A stretch of DNA of 58,703 bases, the filler included, from Streblomastix strix (lineage: Eukaryota): assembly GCA_008636045.1 (NCBI GenBank). It is 2 parts of 2 records of this genome, joined end to end, with 100 filler letters (N's around TTAATTAATTAA, not from the genome) between each part and the next. Parts side by side here need not be neighbours in the genome. Positions count along the whole stretch, not along the records: positions 29,445 to 58,703 come from SNRW01000104.1; 1 more part is not named here. One strand, written 5' to 3'. A program made the translations under genes and the position numbers. Each line of letters starts with the position of its first letter. The stretch's first letter is position 1. Shown here piece after piece: positions 38,340-52,234 of the stretch. The notes beneath the pieces are model-generated. The model worked only from the letters and a program-made list of their open reading frames with translations. It searched no databases and had not been told where the DNA came from.

Positions 38340-39220
38340 TTTATAAAGTTTCATTATTTTTGAAAATGCCAAAAAAATTTTGTAAAATTCTCATTACCTA
38401 AATAAAAATCATGATTACCCTGATAAAATTTAAAATAGAAATATAAATAAGATCAAAATAATAATTATTTCAATAATAAATCGCAATATACAAATAACAT
38501 CTAATTTCAAAATACACTTCAAATTTCGCTGTAAGTTTCTGCAATGATCTTAAATTTAAATTTGGATTTGGTTATAACACACTTTTATCTGAATAATGAT
38601 TTTCCTAATAATCAGGTATTACTTCGCTTATAACTTCAATTGAATCAACTGGATCTCCAGTAATGCAAATAATATTTCCTTGTAGTTCACTCACTTACTA
38701 TACTATTTTATCTAAAAATGATTAAATTATTGATCCTATATGGGTATCTGATATGTGGATTATACGTAATAGTTGTTTGAATTTGGAATTCCTGAACGAA
38801 TAAAGTGTTAAGTTAATACATAATTAAAAATAAAAAGTTATATAAAAAAATAAAAAAATTAATCAAAACCATTTTTTTCCCTTATTTGATTTTTAATATG
38901 AATGCTCCTATTAGATTGGATTTGTATAAGTATTTAATAATGATTACTACTATTGCAACGCAGACATTTTAAGCACGTTGATGCGAAGAAGAAGAAACAC
39001 CAAATATAATCTAATGAATAATAACGAAAACAAAGAGTAGCTTAATAAATAATTAGTAATTAGTGGATATGATGAGTAGAAATCGAGCTTTCAATTTGAT
39101 TTTTGTGCACTGGTCTCATACGGGTATTCAAATAAACAGTGTTATAATTTGTAGTCTCTCTGGTTCTGGTAGAAAATTAGAGATAATTAATAACTTTCCA
39201 TTTAACTAACTCATATCGAC
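38340..39220 (-). pseudogene. Calcineurin-like metallophosphoesterase (YkuE/TMPPE-like), degenerate
   Basis: LRIIHISDTHIG, ICITGDPVD and, in the next exon, GNHD (~38410); hydrophobic upstream exon; no C-terminal motifs found. Confidence 0.7.
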
Positions 39221-40399
39221 CTCCTAATTTGATTCAATTCTTTATTAGCTACTTATTATTAAGATAATTGTTTTTTATTTAAATTATCATCAGAATAATA
39301 AGAATAAAAAAAATAAGATTAAAGAAAGAATAAAAGAAAGAATAAGAATAAAAATAAAAATGAAAAAAGAAAAAGAATAAAAATAAAATTTTTAATAAGA
39401 ATAAGAATAAGAGAAAGAATAAGAGAAATTCAATTAAATAAAATAATACATTAAAAAAGAAATTTTGACATGTACTTTTGTGTCAGATGGTTGTATTTCA
39501 ATTAATTATTAAAAATATATAATAAAAATCAATAAAAAATCAATTATTTATTCATTCTTTACATTTTATTTAAATTAGAAAGATACTAAAAGATAAAAGT
39601 TAATGACCAATAAAATGATGATGTGTATTTTGCTATTCAGTCTAACGAAAAAATGACCAGTCTGACAATCAGACCATAATTATCATCCAAAGAAAAATAT
39701 AAATAAGAAAAGATAAAATATGAAATGAAGTGAAAATAGAAATTTATATAAAGGTTCGCAAATAATTTTCAAATAAAAACTAAAATAATAAATATATAAA
39801 ATGATGAATAAGGATTCTATATTAAATATTTATAACTAAGATAATAAAAAAGCCCCTTTAAAATATGATCATGGAAAATGCTAAGTTAAAAACATATTAA
39901 CTAGGACAATAGCATGAAATATATTAAATTATCATCTTAAATTTTAACTTCCTTTAAAAAGTTATATTAAATAGCTTATCACATTTAATAAATATATATT
40001 ATATTTCAATCCTTTTATTTTCATATTCTCAAAATAATATTCTCTATTTTCAAATTCAATTCTAATAATTGAGATCCATATTATAGTCAATCACTCTCTC
40101 GTATTCACATTTTCTATTAATAATAAATGTGAATGAATGTATGAATGAATATGAATAAATATAAATATAATATTAAAGTAATTGATATATTGTTTCCAAA
40201 TTTTATTAATTAATTTAATTAATTAATAAACAAACTTTTCAGAAGATGCCCTTTTTAGTGAGTAAATACTATGTTATTATTTTGTGTTTGGATGACCATC
40301 AAATGAAAGCTAAATGTATTAATAATTAATTAAGTATGAAAAATATATAATATAACATTAATTTTCAATGATTATTAGTTAATAAAAAATAAAAATTTC

Positions 40400-43392
40400 T
40401 TTGTTTCAATATTATTTATAAGTCAAACATAAAGTTTTAATCTCTTTGGAACATTAACAAAGATAATTGGACCTTCATTAGTCTCATGGAATATGCGAAT
40501 GGTGTTTTATTCAACATCATCTCGAAGATCAAGTTCAAAGGTTATTCTAATAAAATACAATATAAATAACATTTTGAGTTAATAAATTCATTTTTATTTC
40601 TTTAATATTTTATATTCATAATGATTTATTATACCTATATTTATCTTAAGTTGGAATCCATCTGAACACTTCCATCCAACCTAATCTGATTATACCTCTA
40701 TAAATATTATAATGATAAAAATATTGAACAGGATTAATAAAATAAATATTATAATAATTAAATGAATTATTAAATAAATTATAAATGAAAATAATTTAAA
40801 TGGCAAAAAAAAACTTTATTCATTTAATAATATTCAAGTAATTATTATAATATTCATAAATGTATATAATCAAACTCTTTTTCATCATATGTAATTGCTC
40901 TGAAGTTCTTCCCTGGAACTGGAATGTTGTTCTTTATTTCATCTCCTGCAGCAATGAGTCCGAATCCTGAATAATATATATATAATAAATGAATTAAAAT
41001 TATTTAAATTAATTATTACAGTTCATCTAGAAATTTATTCAATTCATGTAAAATAAATAGTACAATCACACTTCTGGAGTTCTAAGAATTGAAATATTGA
41101 TTGTTGACTCTGTAAATCATTTTCTCAAACACTTATGTTGAACATTTAATCTTTTATGGGATTGTTTCTTCAACTTCTTCTTTTTCTTCTTCAATTCTTT
41201 ATTTCTATAATTCATTCAAACTGATTATATTCAATAATTAACTTTATTCTTTTTCATTTTCTTTCATAGTTTCAAAATTCTATTCTGATTTTTAATTGTC
41301 ATTCATTGTTTTGATATATTTTTCTTTTTCTTGTTCTTTTTCTTTTTAAATTTCAAAATTCATTTCTAAATTCTAATTATCATTTATTGTTTTGATTTAT
41401 TTTTCATTCAAATTATCAATTTCCCATTATCTATATTCTTGAAGATTTTGATAAGAAACTGATGTATTGTAATCAATCACTTTCTCATATGCAATAGTCC
41501 TATTAATTGTAAATAACAAATATGAAAATAGAAAAAATTAAATATTTGATTAATTAATTTAGTAAAATTGTTCAATTTGTTTTATTTAATCAAATAAACT
41601 ATTATTTCTATTATTACTAATCATACTTCTTTTATGAAGGCTTTGGGATTTCAAAGATCTTATTTTTGTATTTGGTGCCTGGAAGATTGTCATGAGCCAA
41701 CTGCACATGTGAAATAACACATAAATAAAATGAACCATTAATTTTAATAATAAAATACATTCAAATGCACTTTTAATTTTTATTAATTTAAAATTTAATT
41801 ATGATACATATATTTTGAGCTGCTTTGGAACATTTACGAATAGAATGGGTGATTCTTCTTTTCCATAGAAGATGCGAATTGCAGTCTGTGGAATACTCTC
41901 TCGCAAATCAAGTTCAAAGGTTATTTTTCTGATTAATAATATAAATAAAAAAGAATTAATTTTTTAATAAACATTTATATTTCATTTCTTCTTTTATTTA
42001 TTTTTATTATTCAATGTTATACCTCTTCTTCCTACTTGAAGGAATCCATCTAAATACTTCTAACCAACCCAATCTTATTACTCCACTATATTTTATTAGA
42101 TAAAGATAAATATCAATGATAAATAATAAAGGAAAATATATTCAATCTTTATTTATCTATTTAACTAATAATGAATTATTTATTATTGAATTTACAAATT
42201 AATACTAACAAATATTCAAGTAATTATTATAATATTCATAAATGTATATAATCAAACTCTTTCTCATCATATGTAATTGCTCTGAAGTTCTTCCCTGGAA
42301 CTGGAATGTTGTTCATAATTTCATCTCCTGCAGCAATGAATCCGAATCCTGAATAGTATAAATAATAATATATAAATTAAAAGTGTTTAATATAAAATAT
42401 GAAGAAATTAACAAATATATTTGTGAATATAAAATGAAAAAATGAATTAATTATTAAAATTTATGAATGTTAAAATCATATGATATTTATATAATATATT
42501 AATTATTCACCATACTTCTTGAATTCTGAGAATCAATGAACTTATTTTTCACTTGAAATACTTTCTTTTCAAACACTTATCCCAACAGCATCGGTTCAAG
42601 AATCAGATTTTCTTCAGTTTCAGATTAACGTTCTTTTGAATCAGATTATGAAAGCTCTTCCTTTTCTGAATCAAATTTGTCTTTGATTTATTATTAATGG
42701 AAATGTTCTTGTTATAAACTGTATTTATGTAGAGAAACTGCATAATCCTAATCCGAGTTTTCAATATTATCAACCTAATTGATTTAAATATTTCCAACAC
42801 TACTACTACTATCATTATCATTAAGTTAAATTTATGTATTCTGTAATTATTGCAAAGCAACTTATATCTCTTCTTAATTCTTGTACAATTCTGCCCAGAC
42901 AATGAAATCTTCTCCAAATAAACAATCTTCATTTTGCGCTAATAATTTCACTTGATCAATTGCACCAATTGCACAAAGTATTGCAGTTACTACTACTAGT
43001 TCCTGAATAAACAATTTATAATATAACTAATATTAACAAAAAAGTTGAAAGCATACATCATTTTCAGGTGAATTGATATCTATTAGGATTTGTAGGAGTG
43101 TGTTTGTAAGCGAGGTTGATTCAACAATCTCATTCAATTCATCTGTAAATTTCGTTTAGGCAACGATAATGAGATGAAGAAACTACTTCATAAATTCAAT
43201 ATCTGTTTCATATATTCTTATCTGTGAAATATATAAGCGAATATCATCAAGAATGGCTGATGTCTAGGATAAGAATTTAATAAAAAAATTGGAAAAAAAT
43301 TAAGTAATAGATTATACATCTGCAGACACATTTTACTCTACAGGTTTGTGTAAAATAATGTACGCAAATTCTTCTTAAATGTCGTCAGTCAT
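40400..43392 (-). CDS. Multi-exon protein with two tandem SPRY-like units and a coiled coil
   Basis: ATG at 43392 and many GT-AG introns. Repeated exons GFG(F/L)IAAGDEI..NIPVPGKNFRAITY, G(V/I)IRLGW and ITFELDLR. Integrity not verified. Confidence 0.6.
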
Positions 43393-43623
43393 TAATGTTG
43401 CTCAAAAAGAAAGTGCTAAGGGGAAAAAAATGAAAATAAACGAAAATTTTGTTAATAAAAGGTGCGCTATTATCAGATATTATAATTATTAAAAAATATT
43501 AAGCAAGTATTTATAATTTGATTTATTAAATTAATTATATAGAATTTAATGCATATATCCTATTAAAACACAATATTACTAAATTTTCTTGCTATATAGG
43601 AATGTCAGAATGATGGACGGAAA

Positions 43624-43669
43624 GTGCGGATTTTTCCGCACAGCAATCAGGAGTGCGGATTTTTCCGCA
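43624..43669. repeat. Twin GC-rich hairpins (gtgcgga-ttt-tccgca)
   Basis: agtgcggatttttccgca occurs twice about 29 bp apart; each copy is self-complementary. Confidence 0.85.
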
Positions 43670-44119
43670 AGCTAAATTATGAAAAGATCAATAAAAAAAA
43701 TTTTTTCAAAAAATTAAATTTTTGTAGATAAATAATTTAACCTAACAATTATGATAATGAATCAATAAATATATTATATATATATAGTTTATTATAGTAA
43801 CAAGTCATAAATAAGCCTGGTTGACAAGAACGCAAAAAATATTTTTCTTTCAAAATACCAGTGATTTGTAAACAAATTTAGATGAAATGGTAGCTAAGGT
43901 AAGCGTACTAGTGATTTAAATCAAGATAGTATATATTAGAATGCTTTACACTATTTTAGAGCAAGTTTTCATTTTAGAAAAATCAACATAACAAACTTTT
44001 CCCAGTTAACACTTTAAAAACGTGCACAAAAGAAATTAATCAATTTATAATTATTAATAATATATTTATTATTATACAATAAATAAAATATAATTATAAA
44101 TATAAAGAAAACAGAAATT

Positions 44120-47100
44120 CATTGCTTGAAAAAATCACTCTCCTTTTTCCACCCGCACAACTTGTAAACATGTTATTATGGTGAGTTGCTGCCATTTATA
44201 CCCCATCATTAGCCGCTCTTACACGCATTTCTCTTTTTTATTCGACAGTCAATTTTGCAATTTAGTTGCTATCATTTGAATGGAGAACTTCAAGAATTTA
44301 TTTAATATATTGCATTCTTTATATGTGTAGTTACTTGTGACTCCTTCTTTGGAAAGGATATCACATGAAGCTCCATCTTTAAGGCTCTTGAAATCATCAA
44401 TGAATAATGAAATTTTCTCTATTTCGTTGAAATATTTCAATTATTTCTATTTTCTTATCCATTTGAATAATGTTTTCACAAAATTTCAATATATTTATCC
44501 ACATACGAATCCTAAATTTGATTAATTAAATAGTTCAATAATGATAATCCAGCGAGTAAAAACAGCGTGTTTATGTTTGCATAAATAACAATAAATTAAT
44601 TAATATAAAGAACTTAAATGCATATATCATTTTATCTATATAATTTTTAGCATTATCGTCATAGAATTATTTAACCTTGATAACATAGTTAAATTATTAT
44701 TAATATCCTGCTTCAGCTATGCCACTAACCTCCCAATAAGCCGAATCAGTATCACCTTCCACGAAGTGCATTTTCTCCATGACAAACGCTTTATGCATAA
44801 TATTATATATAAAATTTACATAATGATATTTAGCATTATCCTGCACAAAATAAGTTTCTTATATTGATGTCTTACTTGTGCAAGTCTCTGGTTTTAATTA
44901 TACCACGTATGCATCCGCTGATAATTATTGTTCATCCATAAAAGTATTTGACAAATGGGCTTTTAGTGCTCACTTCTAATCCATGACTTTTATTTCGGAA
45001 TATTTCTCTGTGTTCATTCCATCGGATCCATATGATGAGTTCATAGTTATTTTACAAAATTATTCTAATTCCTTACTTTCTTCTATTTTCGCTTATAATC
45101 TCTTGCTTATAAATTCCTTTACTAATAAATAAAATCATTCATGCTTATTAAAAATATTATTTGTTTTATATCATCAATAATAAAGTGGCAATCATCAATT
45201 AGGAACAATATACTGTAAGAGCTAAAAGACATAAATTCGCCCATCGACGATAACAAATTGGTTAATTTTTGCTATTTTTAGACTGTTTTAATGTTGTTGT
45301 TATTCATATGATTATACATATAAGGCCCAATGGTATCTTTGCTAGTGGTAAAAGGATAATTTCTTAAAATAGATTGGAAATTAATAAAATCATTAATGTA
45401 ATTTTCGTCAATGTGCCCCTTTAATTCAGCTTTAAATAATTAATCATGGCCCACTTTTATGTTCATTATCTTATCCTTATCGTTTGTCCTATCAGTAACA
45501 GAGCCATATATATACATTTTATTTCCAATGTATTTTATAAATTTATGTGGCTCTGATTATTTAACGCTGAGATATAAGGAATTGAAATCAACGCCGATGA
45601 TATGAGATATTAGAATATTTGATGTTTGTATTTGAACCTTTTTAAGTGCCTTATCATATTTGAGTTAAATTATATATTCATTACCCGCAATATTTTCTCG
45701 ATGCATTACATTAGATATGCTGCCAGTTATTTCAACACAAATCAGTTTATACTCTTCAATGTTTGTTTAATTATTGGGGAGACAATTATGCATGCAATAT
45801 CTGCGAAGTTAAATAATTAACTGACAAATATTTTTATCTTAATTTGAACAATATTTATTGCAATAGAAGCAGCACGATTGTACATTAATTTTTGTAGTAA
45901 GTAAATTATTATTGATTCCATCGAGTGTTGGCTTATTATTCACTGTAAATTTATCACCACAAATAGCAAATGCTGATGATTCGAGTTATTGCTTAAAATA
46001 ATCGTAATCATTAACTGAAACATTATTTTTAGTATCTCATTGTTTAATTTAGTCTTAAAATTTATATCTATCCATTTTATATTTCCAATAATTGGGATAT
46101 AAAATGAATTTATAAGAATTGTCTTCAATAGGGGGAAATTATCGTTTATATCAAAGTCTTTTTAAGCTAAAGCGTATTTGATAGCGTTTGCACATGCTGC
46201 CAATGGACATAAAGCTAATCATATCAATTTTATATTTGAAGTTCATTTAGATTAAATTTTCTATTGATGTTATCATTATTTTTGTATCCTAATCATTATA
46301 GTATTGTAGATATTCTCATCATTTTATAAATTATTTTGCACCGTTAAGTTGAAGCAACGCAAAATCCTCTAAATATTTTTTTAAATCGTCATTGTTCATT
46401 GATGAGTTCATTAGTGTTGAATTGAATACCTCTTGAAGAAATGACCTGGAACTATCGAGAATTTCGATATAATTATTGAGTGCTTGCGCTAAACTATAAT
46501 AGATTTGGCTTATGATAAACTGCCAATATAACTCTTAATTTTCCAGCTTTAAGATTATAAGTGTTTAAATATCAATGCAAAATCGAACTTTTCACTATTG
46601 AATCTAACGACGGGAACCTCAACGTATTCACTCTCTTATATCTCAGCGTTTTTATATATGTTGTCTTCCTATATTTACTTCGGTTCAATAAATATATATT
46701 TGTGCCATTAATTTATAAAATCATCGCCATTTCTGATATCATAGTAAATCATTTTTATACCTTATTTATTCTTTATAGTTGAAGCTACAAAAAGGGGTAC
46801 TAGTTATGATATCTATTTACTTGATTTACTAAAATCCTTATTAATTATTTTCTCCACTGTTTCTAATTCACAAATGATATAGTATTAAGTTGGTTTAAAT
46901 TTATTCTTTCTAATATTTGCCAGTAAGTACGCGTATGTCTTATCCTACGTTATATGCAGGCAAAATGGTCTTTGAACAGTTTCCAATTAAATTTTTTTGA
47001 CTATTTTTCCTTTGTTTATTTTGCATTTCTTAATATGTTTCTCATATTGTTCTACGAAATGAATGCCCTTAAGGTCAAATGTTTTTTATTTACAAAAGGG

Positions 47101-48600
47101 GCAAAATTTTGATCCTGTTATAGTTTCATTATTAGAGATATAAAAAACTTGGACATATATTTTCATCATTTTTCGCTGAGTTAATTAATACATTAAAGTC
47201 AGGAACTTAAACGGGTTCATTTATGGCTCCATCGATGGACACGTTATCGGCTTCGTTAACGTCTTCATTATATCTATAGACTTTTGACTAATAATATGTT
47301 TAATTCTCCACGAAATAACAATATATATTTACATTATTTTTTTTCCCTTACAACGAATTAATCAATTTCTGTTTCAATATCGAACCCAGTGAAATCATTT
47401 AGCCATTTTAATATTCAATATCATCTATTTTATACGCTAATTAATAAAATTTAGCCATATGTTCCTTTGTCATTAGCTCTCGTGAATGTTCTTTAATTCC
47501 TTTCTTTGTAGAATCGGGAAATTTAAATAAATTATAAGCGTAGAACCTGTATATATTATATTTGCTTCTTGTTGTTCTCAAACAATTTTTATGCCCCTTC
47601 AAATAAAAGTCAATTAATTTCTTAATGCTGCCGCCCACATGGTTTTGAGATAATTTGTACGAATTATTCATCATTTAATAAATTGCAATGAAAAGTTGTT
47701 TCATGCTATCTAAATTAAAGTTTTACCTTTCAATTATTTCCGATTTTACATATTATTTATATTCCTCGATATCTTATTCAGTGATTATTGATTTGGGGGT
47801 ATGCTTTTATGTCCTTGCTTCATCAGGACTAATATTACCGTAAGACACTGACAGCTGCCAATTTTTTTTCCGTTTTGTTCCTCATATATTACTCCAAAAT
47901 CAAAGCTAATTTTAAATGTTTTATGGTTTTATTTTTCATAGACGTCATCAATAAATTTATTTATCTCGCCTAAAGAATAAATGAAATTATTATAGTATAT
48001 AGTGCTAATGGGGTTTTCAATATCTTTTTCAAAATGGAACCCTTTACGTGCATCATCAACTGCTTCAATAAACTTATCCTCTATTTGCGGTGGAAAATAA
48101 AGTAAGGTAATAGACAAGTTATTTTCAATCTCATTAACTTCATCATTATTATATTTATTAATTTGATCCTTAATTTCTTCATTTTATATTATATCAATGT
48201 ACATTTGAGGTAAAACGAAATTGCGTCATGTCTTGCTAAAGTTCTCGGGTTTTGTGAATTAAATTGTTTCGTTACGCAAACGCTATTGGATTTAATAATC
48301 ATGTTCTTATTATGCCAATTCTTATTACTGTTCGCGTTTATTTTCTTTCAAATCCAATTCATATTAATTTTAATGGAAATAATTGATTTGATTATTTTAT
48401 TCCATTTATTATTGTTAAGCTTCAGCAACTTACCGCCAATGTGTAGCAGCCGCGAAAGTATTTAGTTTTGTTAAATTAGTTCTTCATCTTTTGAGTTATT
48501 CCAATTAATCTAATACTTAATTTAGTTATTATTTTAATGTGGGAACAGTTAAACGACGATTAACATTATTTTATCCAACGTATTCAGGCAATAATAGAAT
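44120..48600 (-). pseudogene. Second pPolB, frameshifted
   Basis: Motif A GVDFNSLY (~45580), motif B FCKITMNSSYGSDGMNTEKY (~45030), motif C EGDTDSAYW (~44750), CPFC Zn finger (~47095). Confidence 0.9.
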
Positions 48601-48769
48601 TTTCTTTTTCTTAAGATTTGGTATTTATTACAAATTAAAAAAATAATAAATAAAAAATAAATTTAGTTTGGATAAATTAACTACGATTTATAGGGAAATA
48701 AAAAAAAATAAATTAAAATAAATTAAAAATAAAAAATAAAATAAAAATAAAATAAAATAAAATAATTAA

Positions 48770-50280
48770 TATCACCCATCAATGTTTTACCATCAATGAC
48801 TTATCATCGATGCTTTATAATTAATATTATATCTCGAGTAAAAGATTATTATACATTTCACCGAATTATGTAGGCACCTTACGGCCAAAGTTATCATATA
48901 ATGTAAATACTACTGAATTTTTCTATCCGATTAAATACTCTTGCGAGAACATGTTCTAAAACCATAAAACAGGAGCATCAACCAAGTTCTATTTGAAATA
49001 TACATTATTGAACCCATTACCACCAACTGTCGCCATCGTTATCCCTTTAAATTAATTATTTACTGATATAATTAATATCTGTAGATACTCAATAAAATTA
49101 CCTATGTTGGGGCAGAAAATTGGTAGATCAGGAATCAAACTATTAGCTGAAAATTTAGTCCTATAAAACCATGTTTCTAAATCAATCAATTTTTATTGAC
49201 GACGAAAGATTTGATAATTTATTTGATCCATTTTCATTTAGGCCATCGTATAAATCCAAAGCGCCAGCAAGTTGAGCATATAAATTTGGTGATAATATTT
49301 ATTTTTTTATCGTACCAGATAATATTCTCCGTTGATGAATATTCACTAACAACTTTCGCTATGAACTAATCGTAGAAATCAGCTCTTCCAAACAGCGGCA
49401 TAAATATCTGTCCATTCGCTAGTGGAAAAGGCTGGCTGAGAGCTTATTATTCTGATTAGAAAAGTATTTAAATTATTGATTATTTATTGCATTGTCTATT
49501 ATTAAACATCAATAGGCTGGTAATCTGATGTTGTAAATGATCAGTCTGCGTTAATGTTTATTTTCTTACAAAGTAAATAATGAACAGATAATGTATTAGG
49601 AGCTAGAGGTTCCATCGAAGTTATAAAGTTTTTTGTAATTGGGCAATATAAGCGGATTTATCAAATCGATCGATAAGCTGTTACAGAGCAGTAATCCATT
49701 TTCCAATAATGATAAAGAATTGCATTAATACATAAATTATTCTAATTCATTGCTTAACTTACTACATCCTACACAAAATTTGTATTTAATGAAAATTTAT
49801 TATTTGATAACTTTTATGTATGCTCAATAATTAGATTATTGAAGCAGGTAGCCCGTCGATTTGTAGTTGAAAGATAATTGAAATACTATTCTTGTCCATC
49901 TGTGAAATTATTATATCCAGTACTTGATAATGTTAATAATTGCGGGACATATTTATATCCCTGATTATCTTAGTCAGCAACATATTAGTTATTTATAGCT
50001 GTATTAAAATTTAGCCTGATTGGGGGGCAACTCCGTTAATGCCACGAGTGAAAAGGTATTATTTCTGTTATCCTGCTAATTATATTTTTCTTTTAAGGGT
50101 TGAAATTATATTTTGCAAAATTTCTATATAATCACTATTTAATTAATAGGTTAAATTTATCGGTATATTATTAATGCTATTTACTTGAAATGAATTATAG
50201 CTAAAGGGTATGGTTGTTTTCCATTATACGAAGACTTCTTCTGAGTCAGAACTAATAATTTGCATGCAGATGTTTGACAT
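48770..50280 (-). pseudogene. Putative minor capsid (penton-like) protein
   Basis: N-terminus MSNICMQIISSDSEEVFVQWKTTIPFSYNSFQVNSINNI; C-terminus NSVVFTLYDNFGRKVPTQFGEMYNNLLLEI resembles the 'L.D..GR' end of Polinton/virophage pentons. Weak resemblance, judged by eye. Confidence 0.4.
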
Positions 50281-50539
50281 TTATACATAAGGAACTAACC
50301 AACCTAGAGAAAGCCTTGACAGTATTATAAAAATAGATAAATACGGAGATCGTACGATTTATTACATTTCGAAGCCCAAAACAACATAATACGAAGACCT
50401 AATGTTATAAAATCCGATATAATCAGCCCAAAAGGCACCAAAGACTTTTTTAACGAACACCATACATAAGGATAACGTACCATAAAAAATTAATGCACAG
50501 CCAAAAGAACTTGCTACTGATTTTGCAAGCCGACGGTTA

Positions 50540-50934
50540 CCATAACCTCTTAACAAAGGCGAATAATATGGTCGTTGATATTTCTTTAATAGTTTTAATT
50601 TAATATATTGAACAATTTCAGAATTATCTTTTACCTTGCTACGAAATGGATTTTAAATACGTTCGAGGTTAATTTATTTCTTTACTTATTTTTATTAAAC
50701 TGGCTTCGCTTTCTATTTAATTCTTTCTGCATGAAATTTTAAATAATTGTCTAAATAAATTTTATACCTTTGCGAGATTGATCTATTTTTAAATATCTAT
50801 TCTAAATTATCTATTGCAAATTATTAATTAAAATAATTATTGACATTTCTAACGAAATCCTTCAATTATATTTTATCTGGTTTAAAACTTAAATTATCAA
50901 ATATCTCGAAAATTGATTTATATTTATTGGTCAT
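50540..50934 (-). pseudogene. N-terminal remnant of a Polinton-type integrase
   Basis: KYQRPYYSP matches KFERPYFSP preceding the catalytic core of the element 1 integrase; the core is missing here. Confidence 0.5.
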
Positions 50935-50965
50935 TTTAAATATTTGAAATTGTATATTATTAAAT

Positions 50966-51050
50966 GTTCGTTAATGGCTCAGTGAGACTGGTCTCTCCAC
51001 TTCCCAGTCGAGTGTCTAGGTTCGATACCCCCCGCTCACGTCCTTTCGTT
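50966..51050 (+). ncRNA. tRNA-like / Pol III-type element (pseudo-tRNA or SINE head)
   Basis: A-box-like tggctcagtga (50975-50985), hairpin gactgg..ccagtc, B-box ggttcgatacc (51019-51029), T-rich end. Acceptor and T stems are imperfect and there is no 7-nt anticodon loop. Confidence 0.5.
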
Positions 51051-51094
51051 TGAGATCGATAATAGTTTGTTTTAATTTTTTCTATGTCCTAGGG

Positions 51095-51970
51095 GGTCAA
51101 CTGTCCTAAAAAGAATCATTGTTCATTTCATATTTCAATAAAAAATGAAGATTCAGTTGAAGAAATAAGAGAAGGTATATTAATTAATTTTGTATCATTA
51201 TGCGATTAGAATACGATTCTAGGTCAGAAAATGATTGATGATCATTCAAATATCGAAAAAATTAATCACAATATTATTAATTTTGCTTTATTAATTGAAT
51301 AATTCAGTAAATAATATTAGTAATATTAATAAACGGTTACATCATAAATTCAATCCAATTCCTTATAATCTACTTCTCATTCTCAACTCTTCCACATTTG
51401 CGATATAAATATATTGTTTGGTTCACTCGAACTTCTTTGTCATCTCTTTTTTGTAGCACTATATTTGTTGAAAAAATGTTATTATTCCCAGAATTTGGTA
51501 ATTCTCAAATCAAACTTTTGAGATTTGAAAGAAGTAAAGGAAATAAATAAAAGAAATAGTAAATGATTGATGAAAATCTTTCATTGCATATCAGATATTT
51601 AAGTCTTTAAACTTTGAGTTCAACACAATTGTCCGAAGGATCAAATGCATAGAATCAACTTATATTACCACATAAATATATATATCAGCATATTTAATGC
51701 ATTCGAATTGGAGGAGGAGGCTTTGAATCGAACAAAAGAATAATAATCAACTTATTTGAATCACTTAGAAGTATATTCACATTACTTTCTGATGGTGAAA
51801 GTTGGAGTCCATCACAGAAATAACTCATAAAAAGTTGCGAAGAAACAATTGAATCAGAAAGTGAGATTGAAGAAGTATAAACACATCTGTTTCATATGGA
51901 TCAGAGTGTTGGGAAATGGGTCAGATTGAATGGATTATGGATTAAGATGATATTATTGCAGAAATGGTGA
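51095..51970 (+). pseudogene. 5'-truncated STAGG/EEEG family copy
   Basis: Begins at NCPKKNHC (cf. NCPPDINC in 29445-30614); IGGGGFE...CEETIESESEIEEV; internal frameshift/TGA. Confidence 0.6.
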
Positions 51971-52234
51971 TTTGAAAAAGTGGAGGCGTAATATCAATTG
52001 ATTTTATATATCAGTGATAATTTATCTAATTTTTGCTATTTTTATTTTTTTATATCAATATTATTTTTTTTTACCTTTATATTCCTTAAAATTATATTTT
52101 TAACTTTTTATAATAAAAAAATGAACAATAATTAATATTTCAAATAACAATGAAAATTTGAAATGAATCGTAATTAAGAAATCAAGAAAGATAAAAAGGG
52201 ATAATGTTAAAAGTGATTAAATGAATATTATGTT

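Larger units (their letters stand above)
43604..51090 (-). mobile_element. Decayed Polinton-like element 2
   Basis: Minus-strand integrase N-terminal remnant, penton-like ORF and pPolB. Flanked by twin hairpins on the left and by a tRNA-like sequence plus a truncated host gene on the right. Confidence 0.7.

Noticed and set aside
39300..39440. AAGAAT/AAAAT purine-rich run (similar run at 48700-48765)
   Set aside because: Ordinary low-complexity sequence in an AT-rich genome.
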